Below, piece by piece: positions 42,135-51,492 of a DNA stretch of 64,000 nucleotides (positions are counted from its first letter, which is position 1; the number at the start of each line of letters is the position of its first letter). A model generated the notes under the pieces. That model was not told the origin of the DNA. It did not search any database and saw nothing but the letters and a program-made list of their open reading frames with translations. The DNA is from an uncultured Alphaproteobacteria bacterium. Its GTDB lineage: Bacteria; Pseudomonadota; Alphaproteobacteria; HIMB59; GCA-002718135. Position numbers and translations under genes: made by a program. The stretch lies in the NCBI GenBank assembly GCA_902620285.1, contig CACNHT010000005.1:2663-66662 (forward strand), read 5' to 3'.

Positions 42135-43577
42135 ATGAGTCAAGCAATAATAAAAAAAACGTCTGATTACTTCAAATCAAAAGGAGTTGTCATGCCAACT
42201 ATTAGTGAACTTCAAGACCCACAAATTATTAATGATGATATTAAAAATTCTCTAAAAAAAATAAATAATAATGATATCAATCCTCTTAACCTCTTTAGAG
42301 TTCATTGGTTTAATAAAAGAGATCAATCAGGTTTTGGAAATGAGCCTGAATATATTGTGCTACCAATAGAATTCACAGGTGTTAAGGCAAAGATAATTGT
42401 AAATATGGGTCGATATTTTCCCTTAATAACAGCTCATAAAGTTTTGGCAGCCTATGGTTGTTTGCTTCCAAGAATATTAAATGGAACTTTTGATTATGAA
42501 AAACATAAAGCAGTTTGGCCTTCTACAGGAAATTATTGTAGGGGCGGAGTAGCAATATCACGGATAATGGGTCTTAATAGTATTGCAATACTTCCTGAAG
42601 GAATGAGTAATGAGAGATTTGAATGGTTGAATAATTGGGTTGAAGATAAAAAAAATATCATAAAGACAAAAGGTACAGAAAGTAATGTTAAGGAAATTTA
42701 CGATGCTTGTAATGAATTAAAAAAAGATAATCAAAATGATATCATAAATCAATTTGATGAGTATTATAATTACAGTATTCATCGTTCTATAACGGGTCCA
42801 TCTTTTGAAAAATCATTTCTTAAAGTTAAAGGTAACAGTAATTTAACTCCTAGGTTTTACGTAAGTGCTTCAGGATCAAGTGGTACTCTAGCAGCAGGAG
42901 ATTATCTTAAAGATAAATTACAGACGAAGATTGCAGTTGTTGAAGCTTTGGAGTGCCCAACTTTGCTTCATGGAGGTTATGGTGAACATAATATACAAGG
43001 AATTGGTGACAAACATGTTCCCCTTATTCATAATGTAATGAATACAGATTTTGTTGTAGATGTTTCTGATCAAGCTACCAATAATCTAAATATGATTTTT
43101 AATACTGAAATAGGAAAAAAGTTTTTAATTGAGAAAAAAAATTTTGAGCCTGATTTTGTTTCACGACTTCCTGAATTTGGCTTTTCAGGAATAGCAAATA
43201 TATTAGCATCAATAAAACTAGCTAAATATATGGATTTAAATAGTGATGACGCAATTATAACGGTTGCTACAGATGGTGCAGATTTATACATGTCAGAGTT
43301 GAACAAGACCATTGCTGATTTTAAAAATAATTATGATGAAATAGTTTGTGCTGAACTATTTGGAAAACACTTATCAGGAATATCTACTGATAATATGCTA
43401 GAACTTTCTTACATGGATAAGAAGAGAATATTTAATTTAGGGTACTTTACTTGGGTAGAGCAACAAGGTGTAAGTCTTGAAGAATTTGAAAAAAGAAAAG
43501 ATCAAAAATTTTGGAATTCACATTATGAATATATGCTTTCTCTAGACAATAAGATTAAAGAATTTAATAATATGTAG
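42135..43577 (+). CDS. Fold-type II PLP-dependent enzyme (large cysteine synthase/TrpB-like), function unknown
   Basis: AHKVLAAY (PLP lysine), WPSTGNYCRGG, SGSSGT phosphate loop, HNIQGIGDK, TVATDG. Confidence 0.75.
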   Translation: MSQAIIKKTSDYFKSKGVVMPTISELQDPQIINDDIKNSLKKINNNDINPLNLFRVHWFNKRDQSGFGNEPEYIVLPIEFTGVKAKIIVNMGRYFPLITAHKVLAAYGCLLPRILNGTFDYEKHKAVWPSTGNYCRGGVAISRIMGLNSIAILPEGMSNERFEWLNNWVEDKKNIIKTKGTESNVKEIYDACNELKKDNQNDIINQFDEYYNYSIHRSITGPSFEKSFLKVKGNSNLTPRFYVSASGSSGTLAAGDYLKDKLQTKIAVVEALECPTLLHGGYGEHNIQGIGDKHVPLIHNVMNTDFVVDVSDQATNNLNMIFNTEIGKKFLIEKKNFEPDFVSRLPEFGFSGIANILASIKLAKYMDLNSDDAIITVATDGADLYMSELNKTIADFKNNYDEIVCAELFGKHLSGISTDNMLELSYMDKKRIFNLGYFTWVEQQGVSLEEFEKRKDQKFWNSHYEYMLSLDNKIKEFNNM

Positions 43578-43580
43578 GTT

Positions 43581-44735
43581 ATGAAAACTCAGTCATTACA
43601 TAACCAATTAGTAGAATGGCGTCATGATCTTCATATGCATCCACAATTAAGTTTTGAAGAAGAGTATGCTGCATCAAAAGTGTCAACACTTCTAAAAGAG
43701 TTTGGAATAGAAGTTCATTCTGGTATTGCCAGAACTGGAGTAGTTGGAATTTTAAAAAAAGGAAATAGTTCAAAATCAATAGGTATAAGAGCTGACATGG
43801 ATGCTCTTCCTATACATGAAACTAATACGTTTAGTTATAAGTCCAAGTTTGATAACAGAATGCATGCATGTGGACATGACGGTCACACAACAATGTTATT
43901 AGGTGCAGCAAAACATTTATCAGAAAAAGGTAACTTTAACGGTACGGTATATTTTATTTTTCAACCTGATGAAGAGAATACATTCGGTGCAAGAACAATG
44001 ATAGATGAAGGATTGTTTGATAAATTTAACATTGATGAAGTTTACGCTATGCACAATATTCCTAACATGGAAATTGGAACATTTGGTACAAGAAATGGAG
44101 CTATTACAGCCAGCGAAAATTTATTTGAAATTGAAATAAAAACTAAAGGTGGGCACGCTGCATTACCTCATATGGGCGTTGATGCAATAACTGTTGGTTC
44201 TCAAATAGCTGTAGCACTTCAATCGATAGTGTCTAGGAAATTAAATCCAGCAGACAATGGTATAGTGTCTATTACCGAATTTATAACCGATGGTAAAAAA
44301 AATGTTCTGCCAGGTATGGTAAAAATGACTGGTGACGCGAGAGCTTTATCAAAAGAAACAAATGAAAAAATTGCTTCAAAAATGTTACAAATTGTTGAAG
44401 GGATTTGTAATGCACATGGTGTTAATGGTAGTGTTAAATATGAAACAGCCTGTCCTGTAACTTTTAATTCAAAAAATCAAACTGAGTCTGCAACAAAAGC
44501 TGCAGTTACTTTACTTGGTAGTGATAAATGTAATGGTAATATAGAACCACGTTTATTCTCAGAAGATTTTTCTGTTATGGCAAATGAAAAACCTGGCTGC
44601 TTTGTTTTAATGGGTAACGGTACATCAGAGCAGCATTCCAGACCTTTACATGCTGATAATTATGATTTTAATGACGAATTATTAGTCATAGGCTCTTCAT
44701 ATTGGACTGAATTGGTAGAACAACAATTAAAATAA
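43581..44735 (+). CDS. M20D amidohydrolase (hippurate hydrolase/aminoacylase-like)
   Basis: HPQLSFEE, RADMDALP, MHACGHDGHT, FQPDEE, GGHAALPH, SEDF, LH..YDFND. Confidence 0.9.
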   Translation: MKTQSLHNQLVEWRHDLHMHPQLSFEEEYAASKVSTLLKEFGIEVHSGIARTGVVGILKKGNSSKSIGIRADMDALPIHETNTFSYKSKFDNRMHACGHDGHTTMLLGAAKHLSEKGNFNGTVYFIFQPDEENTFGARTMIDEGLFDKFNIDEVYAMHNIPNMEIGTFGTRNGAITASENLFEIEIKTKGGHAALPHMGVDAITVGSQIAVALQSIVSRKLNPADNGIVSITEFITDGKKNVLPGMVKMTGDARALSKETNEKIASKMLQIVEGICNAHGVNGSVKYETACPVTFNSKNQTESATKAAVTLLGSDKCNGNIEPRLFSEDFSVMANEKPGCFVLMGNGTSEQHSRPLHADNYDFNDELLVIGSSYWTELVEQQLK

Positions 44736-45893
44736 ATGTTTTCTGAAAACTTAAATAAACTAAAGAAAAAAATGTCTGAGAACAATATTGATCTCTCAAT
44801 TATAACTGATGATGATTCGATATATTATTTCACAGGATACCATGACTTCCTTCATATGGATTTTTATCGACCAACATTATTAGTTGTTTCAAATGATCAT
44901 AAAACTTATTTAATTACACCTCTTCTTGATGTTTTATTAGTACCAGAATCTTGTCCTGTAGATATGGTTGAAACATGGAATGATGGTATTGGAAATGAAT
45001 GGAGAGAATTATTACCTCAAATCATCAATCAGCATAAAAGTATTTTTATTGAAAAATTTAAAATTAACCCAATGGTTAAGAGTTATTTAGACGAATTACT
45101 TGAAGACCATCCTGGGGATTTAACCAAATTAATAGATAATATAAGAATGATTAAATCTAATCATGAATTGAATATAGCTCGTCATGCCGGCGAAGTTGGC
45201 ATGGCTATGATGGAGGCAGCAAAAAAAACAATTGGCCATAATGTTCCTGAGTATGAGGTTGCACTTGCACAATCACAAGCTGGAACAAGAAAAGCTGCAG
45301 ATCTTTTAAAAGAATTTTATCCTGATAATATCAATATGTCTCCAAATATTCACTTTTTACCTGTTATGACATCGGGTCATGATTTACCTAAAACTCACCA
45401 TCGTGCTTCAACCAAAATTATAAAAAAAGGTGATCCCGTATTCGTATGTTATTGTGGTTCTACAAATTTCCATAGGTTTAAATTAGGTTTTGACAGAATA
45501 TTTTGGGTAGAAGAAATTCAATCAGATGAACAAATAAAAGCTTTTGAGACTGCAGTTAAATCTCAAAAAGCTGCTCTTGAAATTCTTGGCCCTGGAGCAA
45601 CAGCTGAAGAAGTTCATGCTGCTTATGCAGATACTATACAGTCTGAGGGATACCCTTATCCTACATTTCGATGTGGAAGAGGTACAGGCTTTAGCTTTTT
45701 AGAGGAACCACAATTAGTAGTTGGTAATAAAACAGTACTGGAGCCTGGAATGGTATTTGCCGTTGATGGCGGGGCAAGTGCAAATAATTTTAGATCACAA
45801 GTTGGTGATAGTTTTATTATAACAAAAGATGGATATGAACAAATTACACATCATTCTAAAAATATTGATGACCTAATAATTCCACATGGATGA
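44736..45893 (+). CDS. M24 (pita-bread fold) hydrolase, creatinase/EutD-like, lacking canonical metal ligands
   Basis: Creatinase-N-like domain (IYYFTGY), RMIKS..E, TSG....HH, G.GTG...EEP, LEPGMVF. Confidence 0.75.
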   Translation: MFSENLNKLKKKMSENNIDLSIITDDDSIYYFTGYHDFLHMDFYRPTLLVVSNDHKTYLITPLLDVLLVPESCPVDMVETWNDGIGNEWRELLPQIINQHKSIFIEKFKINPMVKSYLDELLEDHPGDLTKLIDNIRMIKSNHELNIARHAGEVGMAMMEAAKKTIGHNVPEYEVALAQSQAGTRKAADLLKEFYPDNINMSPNIHFLPVMTSGHDLPKTHHRASTKIIKKGDPVFVCYCGSTNFHRFKLGFDRIFWVEEIQSDEQIKAFETAVKSQKAALEILGPGATAEEVHAAYADTIQSEGYPYPTFRCGRGTGFSFLEEPQLVVGNKTVLEPGMVFAVDGGASANNFRSQVGDSFIITKDGYEQITHHSKNIDDLIIPHG

Positions 45894-46911
45894 AATCACA
45901 GTATTTAACACACATTGTTGTGGTGAAATTGGGGATGTCGTAACTGGAATTAAAGGCTTGAAGTTTAATTCACCTGAGGAAGCTTCTAAAAAACTATTTT
46001 TAGATAAAAAATGGAGAAATTTTTTTTTAAATGAACCTCGGGGAGGGGTCTTTAAGCATTGTAATATTATTTTAGAACCTTCAAATAAAAATGCAGATGC
46101 TGGATTTGTAATCATGGAGCCAGAAGATAATCCTCCAATGAGCGGATCAAATGCAATTTGTGTAACGACAGTCTTATTAGAAAAAAATATTGTTCAAATG
46201 AAATATCCTAAAACCATGCTTACACTTGAAGCTCCCGGTGGTTTAATAAAAGTTGTTGCTGATTGTGAAAATAAGAAAGTTAAAAGTGTCACTTTAACTA
46301 ATCTTGCCTGCTTTGCAGATAAAATAGATGTAGATTTAAAGACTAAAAATTATGGTACAATTAAAGTAAGTACTGCTTTTGGAGGTGACAGTTTTTTAAT
46401 TTGTAATGCTAGTGATTTTAATCTTAAAATTGAACCAAAGAATGCAAATAAATTTGTAAATGTTGCTAAAGAATTATTGAAAGAAGCAAACGCATCTATA
46501 GGATTTGAACATCCTACTATTAAAGGATTAAACTATCTTTCCTTTTGCCAATTTATTGAACCCTTAAAAAAAAATAATCAATCATTACTTACAGGATTAA
46601 ATACAGTTGTTATACGACCTGGGAAACTTGATCGTTCACCCTGTGGTACAGGCACTTCAGCAAGATTAGCAGTAATGAAAGAAAAAAATGAAATACAAAT
46701 AAATGAAGAATTTATATCAAAGTCTATTATAGGATCTTCATTTAAAGCAAGTATTGAAAAGGAAATTAAAATTAATAACAAAAATTGTATTATTCCAAAA
46801 ATAACAGGTAGTGCATTTATTACTGGAAAACAAAGTTTATATATCGATAAGGATGATCCTTTTCCAGAAGGTTATAGATTAAATGACACATGGCCAGATT
46901 TATCAAGTTAA
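45886..46911 (+). CDS. Proline racemase superfamily protein with Ser/Cys dyad (hydroxyproline epimerase/dehydratase-like)
   Basis: HCCGE.GDV, NEPRGG, MSGSN, FGG, DRSPCGTGTSAR, DPFPEGY. Confidence 0.88.
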   Translation: MDEITVFNTHCCGEIGDVVTGIKGLKFNSPEEASKKLFLDKKWRNFFLNEPRGGVFKHCNIILEPSNKNADAGFVIMEPEDNPPMSGSNAICVTTVLLEKNIVQMKYPKTMLTLEAPGGLIKVVADCENKKVKSVTLTNLACFADKIDVDLKTKNYGTIKVSTAFGGDSFLICNASDFNLKIEPKNANKFVNVAKELLKEANASIGFEHPTIKGLNYLSFCQFIEPLKKNNQSLLTGLNTVVIRPGKLDRSPCGTGTSARLAVMKEKNEIQINEEFISKSIIGSSFKASIEKEIKINNKNCIIPKITGSAFITGKQSLYIDKDDPFPEGYRLNDTWPDLSS

Positions 46912-46987
46912 CTGTGATTAAATAACACTAGCATGGCAAGTTAATTCATTTTACTTTCATCAACTATTCTAATAATTAATAAAACAA

Positions 46988-48253
46988 ATGACAAAATTTA
47001 ATGCCTGGAATGTAATTAAAAACGGTTTAAATGGTCAGTCTTATTGGACTAGACAATGGCGTGATCCAGAACCAAAAAGTAGTTATGATGTTGTAATAAT
47101 TGGTGGAGGTTTACACGGTCTTGCCACGGCATATTATTTAGCAAAGAATCATAATATAAAAAATGTAGCTGTTTTAGAAAAAGGCTGGATTGGTGGAGGA
47201 AACGCTGGACGTAATACAACTATTGTAAGATCAAATTATATGATGCCAGGCAATCACGAATTTTATGAACATTCTTTAAAGTTGTGGGAAAATTTAAGTC
47301 ACGAATTAAATTATAATGTAATGTTTAGCCAACGAGCTCATGTCTCGTTATTTCATAGTCCTGGTGCTAAAGATTCAGTTTCACGGATTTATAATATTAT
47401 GCGACTCCATGGAACTGATGCAGAACTTTGGGATTTAAAAACTTTAAAGAAAAAAATTCCGCATTTAAATTATCATAATTCTAGATTTCCAATACTTGGA
47501 GCTGCAGTTCAAAAAAGAGCAGGTAATGCAAGACACGATGCAGTTGCATGGGGTTATGCAAGGGCTGCAGATACATTAGGTGTAGACATTCTTCAAAATT
47601 GTGAAGTTACAGGTTTTACAAGAAAGAATGGAAATATTGAAAGTATTCAAACTTCAAGAGGAATTATAAAAGGAAAGAAAATAGGATTTGCTGTTGCAGG
47701 CAATACTTCAGTATTATGGCAAATGGCAGAATTAGGTAACCTGCCAATTGAATCCCATAAACTACAAGCATTTGTATCTGAGGCTGTTAAACCACTTCTA
47801 GACCAGGTTGTTGTTTATGGCGTAGGTGGTGCGCATTTCTATATATCGCAGTCAGATAAAGGAAGCATGGTGTTTGGTGGTGATCTTGACTGGTATAAAT
47901 CATATGCTCAAAGAGGAAATCTTCCTATGGTTCAAGATGTTGCCGAAGCGGCCATGGCAATATTTCCTTCACTTGGAAGAATAAGATTACTTCGTCATTG
48001 GGCAGGTGTTATGGACATGACAATGGACGGATCATTTTTTATTTGTAAAACGCCAATATCTAATCTCTATTTAAATGCTGGTTGGAACTATGGTGGTTTC
48101 AAAGCTAGTCCTGCATCAGGTTGGTATTTTGCCGACTTAATTGCAAATGAAAGCCCGCATAACTACGTGCAAAATCATAATTTAGAAAGATTTGAAAAAG
48201 GTATCAATATTGATGAACGTGGCGCAGGACCCGATCCAAAATTGCACGGTTAA
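46988..48253 (+). CDS. soxB: Heterotetrameric sarcosine oxidase beta subunit / N-methylglutamate dehydrogenase MgdA-like
   Basis: GGGLHGLATAYYLAK, GGNAGRNTTIVRSNY, ARHDAVAWGYAR, GW.YGGFKA.P. Confidence 0.9.
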   Translation: MTKFNAWNVIKNGLNGQSYWTRQWRDPEPKSSYDVVIIGGGLHGLATAYYLAKNHNIKNVAVLEKGWIGGGNAGRNTTIVRSNYMMPGNHEFYEHSLKLWENLSHELNYNVMFSQRAHVSLFHSPGAKDSVSRIYNIMRLHGTDAELWDLKTLKKKIPHLNYHNSRFPILGAAVQKRAGNARHDAVAWGYARAADTLGVDILQNCEVTGFTRKNGNIESIQTSRGIIKGKKIGFAVAGNTSVLWQMAELGNLPIESHKLQAFVSEAVKPLLDQVVVYGVGGAHFYISQSDKGSMVFGGDLDWYKSYAQRGNLPMVQDVAEAAMAIFPSLGRIRLLRHWAGVMDMTMDGSFFICKTPISNLYLNAGWNYGGFKASPASGWYFADLIANESPHNYVQNHNLERFEKGINIDERGAGPDPKLHG

Positions 48254-48538
48254 ATGATTAGAATCAATTGTCCTTATTGTGGTGAAAGAGATCATAGTGA
48301 ATTTAGTTATGGAGGAGATGCAACAATCAATTATCCTTCGTTAGATGCATCAGAGAAAGAATGGACTGAAGCTATATTTTTCAGAAAAAATATAAAAGGT
48401 TTTCAATTTGAAACATGGCATCATTCTAATGGATGTAGAATGTGGTTGGTAGTTGAACGTTCTACTGTCACTCATGAAATAAAAAGTGTCAAACCATGCC
48501 ATCCGGATTTACAGAAGGTTGTAGAAAATAATAAATGA
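48254..48538 (+). CDS. soxD: Sarcosine oxidase delta subunit (Zn-binding)
   Basis: CPYCGER..EFSYGG, E.W.H..GC..W...R.T.T.EI. Confidence 0.92.
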   Translation: MIRINCPYCGERDHSEFSYGGDATINYPSLDASEKEWTEAIFFRKNIKGFQFETWHHSNGCRMWLVVERSTVTHEIKSVKPCHPDLQKVVENNK

Positions 48539-51492
48539 AGACAAGAAGAATAGATAACTATGGAAAAATTAATAGAGATAAAATTTTATCCTTTAGGTGG
48601 GATAAAAAAAATTACAAAGGTTTTGAAGGAGATACTCTAGCATCAGCATTACTTGCAAATAATATTGGTATAGTTGGTAGAAGTTTTAAATATCATAGAC
48701 CAAGGGGAATATTTTCTAGTGGAGTCGAGGAATCTGGTGCTTTAGTTACTATTGGTTCAAAAGATAGAAGAGATCCAAATGTAAGAGCAACAACACAAGA
48801 ATTATATAATGGTTTGGAAGCATTTGGTCAAAATGCATTTCCAAATGTAAATTTTGATCTAGCTGGAATAAATAATTACTTAGGTAGGTTTTTTGCAGCT
48901 GGTTTTTATTATAAAACTTTTATGGGAATACCTCCACTTGAATGGGGTAAAGGAACAGCTATATGGATGTTTTTTGAAAAGTTTATTAGAAAAGCTGCGG
49001 GAATGGGAAGTGCTTCTGGGTTACCTGATCCAGATACTTATGAGCATGCTCATGATTTTTGTGATTTAATTGTTGTAGGATCAGGACCTGCTGGTGTTGC
49101 AGCAGCAATAGAGGCAGCAGAAAAAAAATTAGATGTTATTTTAGTTGAGCAAGATAGTCTTATTGGAGGAAATCAACTTGCAGAAAATGATTTTGATAAC
49201 TCACAAATTAAAAATCAACTTGAAAATCTAGGCATAAAAATAATGACTAGAACTACTGCATTCGGATTATATGATAATTGTGTTGTTGGTTTATTAGAGA
49301 GAGTAACAGACCATATATCAGCACCAAATGTAAACATTCCACGCCAAAGATTTTGGACCATTAGAGCAAAGCATATAATTGTTGGTGCTGGAGCAATTGA
49401 AAGACACATTGCATTTAATAATAATGATATCCCTGGTGTAATGACCGTAAATGCATCAAAGCATTATTTGAATAGATATGGTGTACTCACCGGAAAAAGA
49501 ATTGTGATAGCTACAAATAATGATTCTGTTTATGAAACAGCACATCAATTATCAGAAGCTGGGGCCAATGTAACTGTTCTTGACTCACGAACTAATTTTG
49601 AAATTGAGACAAATAAAAGTTTTGAAATTAGAAAAGGGTATGTGCCTTATAATATTAATGGTTCAAAAAAAATTGATAGTTTAGATATATCAAAAAGTGA
49701 AACTATTAATAAATCTGAAACTATAAATTGTGATCAGGTTCTATTATCTGGTGGCTGGTCACCTGCTGTACATTTGTTATCTCACAGAGGCGTAAAGCCT
49801 AAATGGGATTATAACAATGCTTGTTTTTTACCAAGTGACACAAAAGAAAATATTACAATGGTAGGTTCTTCTCGAGGTTTATGGAATAAAAATGATTGTA
49901 TTGCTTCTGGGATAGCAGGAACTACTGATGCGTTGAATCGTTTAGGTATTTCTAAAACAAATTATTTTTTCCCAAAACCTGGTGGATGGAAAAATCCCAT
50001 ACAACCACTTTATGAAGTAAAATATAAAAAATCTAGATCAAAAAGTTTTGTAGATTATCAACATGATGTAACGACAGATGACGTAAGACTCGCACATCGT
50101 GAGGGTTTCATTTCGGTAGAGCATCTTAAAAGATACACAACTTTAGGTATGGCAAATGATCAAGGAAAAATGGGAAATATCATTGGATTATCTTTAATGG
50201 CTGAACTTTTAAATAAAGAAATTCCAGAAGTTGGAACTACTGTTTTTAGACCTCCTTATACTCCTGTATCTATAGGTGCCTTAAGCGGAAGAAATGTTGG
50301 AAAACATTTTAGGCCGTTAAGAGTAACGCCAATGCATCAATGGAATATTGATCACGGTGCAAAAATGATTGAAGTTGGATTGTATCAAAGGCCTTGGTAT
50401 TATCCCAAAGAAAATGAAACTTTAAGTGACTCTTATATAAGAGAAGCATCAACAGTAAGAAAAACAGTTGGAATTTGTGATGTAACATCATTAGGCAAAA
50501 TTGCTATTCAAGGATCAGACTCTACCGAATTTTTAAATAGAATTTATTCGAATGGTTTTTCAAAACTACAAGTTGGAAAAGCTAGATACGGTATCATGTT
50601 ACGTGATGACGGTATTGTAATGGATGATGGCACATCTTGGAGATTAGCAGAAAATGAATATTTTATGACGACGTCTACAGGTGAAGCTGCAAAAGTGATG
50701 TCATGGTTAGAAGAATTACTTCAAACTAGATGGACAGATCTTAATGTTAATGTGACTAGTGTTTCCGAACAATGGGCAGGCGTATCAGTTGCAGGACCTA
50801 AATCTAGAGAAGTTCTAAATAATTGTGTCGATGATTATTTGGTTATAACTAATAATAACTTACCTTTTATGGGTGTTACTTCAACATTTCTTAAAGGTAA
50901 TATTCCTTGTAGAATTGCAAGAATTAGTTTTTCAGGTGAATTAGCTTTTGAAGTTTATGTCAAATCAGATTTTGCTAATACAATGATGGATCTACTTTGG
51001 GCAAATGCAAAAAAATATGATGGATGTTTATATGGATTAGAAGCTTTAGGTGCACTTAGAGTTGAAAAAGGTCATGTAACAGCCGCTGAGCTTGATGGAA
51101 GGGTAACTATTGATGATGCAGGTTTAAGCAAAATGGCTTCTACAAAAAAATCATATATTGGAAGCGCAATGAGAAAACGAGGAGTATTAAAAAATAATGA
51201 TCGAGAAATTCTAGTAGGTTTCTTTCCTACAAACTTAAAGGAAACTTTTAATGCTGGAACTATTGTCTGTGAAAAAAATAATATTAAAGGACAGGGTATC
51301 GGAAGAATTACTTCAGTTACTTATTCTCCTGAACTTGGACATTGGATTGGATTAGGTTTTGTCAAGGGTGGTTTAGATAAATGGAAAGATACCAATTTAG
51401 TTGGGGCAGATCCTGTAAGAAATAAACAAATGAATTTAAAAGTTGTTTCACCACATATGATTGATCCTAAAGGAGAACGAATGTATGCATAG
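48535..51492 (+). CDS. soxA: Sarcosine oxidase alpha subunit (NAD-binding plus GcvT folate domain)
   Basis: GDTLASALLAN, RSFKYHRPRG, VGSGPAG, EHLKRYTTLGM..DQGK, RISFSGELAFE, LRVEKGH. Confidence 0.93.
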   Translation: MKTRRIDNYGKINRDKILSFRWDKKNYKGFEGDTLASALLANNIGIVGRSFKYHRPRGIFSSGVEESGALVTIGSKDRRDPNVRATTQELYNGLEAFGQNAFPNVNFDLAGINNYLGRFFAAGFYYKTFMGIPPLEWGKGTAIWMFFEKFIRKAAGMGSASGLPDPDTYEHAHDFCDLIVVGSGPAGVAAAIEAAEKKLDVILVEQDSLIGGNQLAENDFDNSQIKNQLENLGIKIMTRTTAFGLYDNCVVGLLERVTDHISAPNVNIPRQRFWTIRAKHIIVGAGAIERHIAFNNNDIPGVMTVNASKHYLNRYGVLTGKRIVIATNNDSVYETAHQLSEAGANVTVLDSRTNFEIETNKSFEIRKGYVPYNINGSKKIDSLDISKSETINKSETINCDQVLLSGGWSPAVHLLSHRGVKPKWDYNNACFLPSDTKENITMVGSSRGLWNKNDCIASGIAGTTDALNRLGISKTNYFFPKPGGWKNPIQPLYEVKYKKSRSKSFVDYQHDVTTDDVRLAHREGFISVEHLKRYTTLGMANDQGKMGNIIGLSLMAELLNKEIPEVGTTVFRPPYTPVSIGALSGRNVGKHFRPLRVTPMHQWNIDHGAKMIEVGLYQRPWYYPKENETLSDSYIREASTVRKTVGICDVTSLGKIAIQGSDSTEFLNRIYSNGFSKLQVGKARYGIMLRDDGIVMDDGTSWRLAENEYFMTTSTGEAAKVMSWLEELLQTRWTDLNVNVTSVSEQWAGVSVAGPKSREVLNNCVDDYLVITNNNLPFMGVTSTFLKGNIPCRIARISFSGELAFEVYVKSDFANTMMDLLWANAKKYDGCLYGLEALGALRVEKGHVTAAELDGRVTIDDAGLSKMASTKKSYIGSAMRKRGVLKNNDREILVGFFPTNLKETFNAGTIVCEKNNIKGQGIGRITSVTYSPELGHWIGLGFVKGGLDKWKDTNLVGADPVRNKQMNLKVVSPHMIDPKGERMYA

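Noticed and set aside
46912-46987. CRP/FNR-like TGTGA and sigma54-like TGGCA motifs upstream of soxB
   Set aside because: The second half-sites do not match (no TCACA at N6; TTCA instead of TTGC at -12).
49693-49728. KSETIN-KSETIN tandem peptide repeat in SoxA
   Set aside because: Only two degenerate 18-nt copies in a variable loop, with Ser encoded by AGT versus TCT; in frame and no functional implication.
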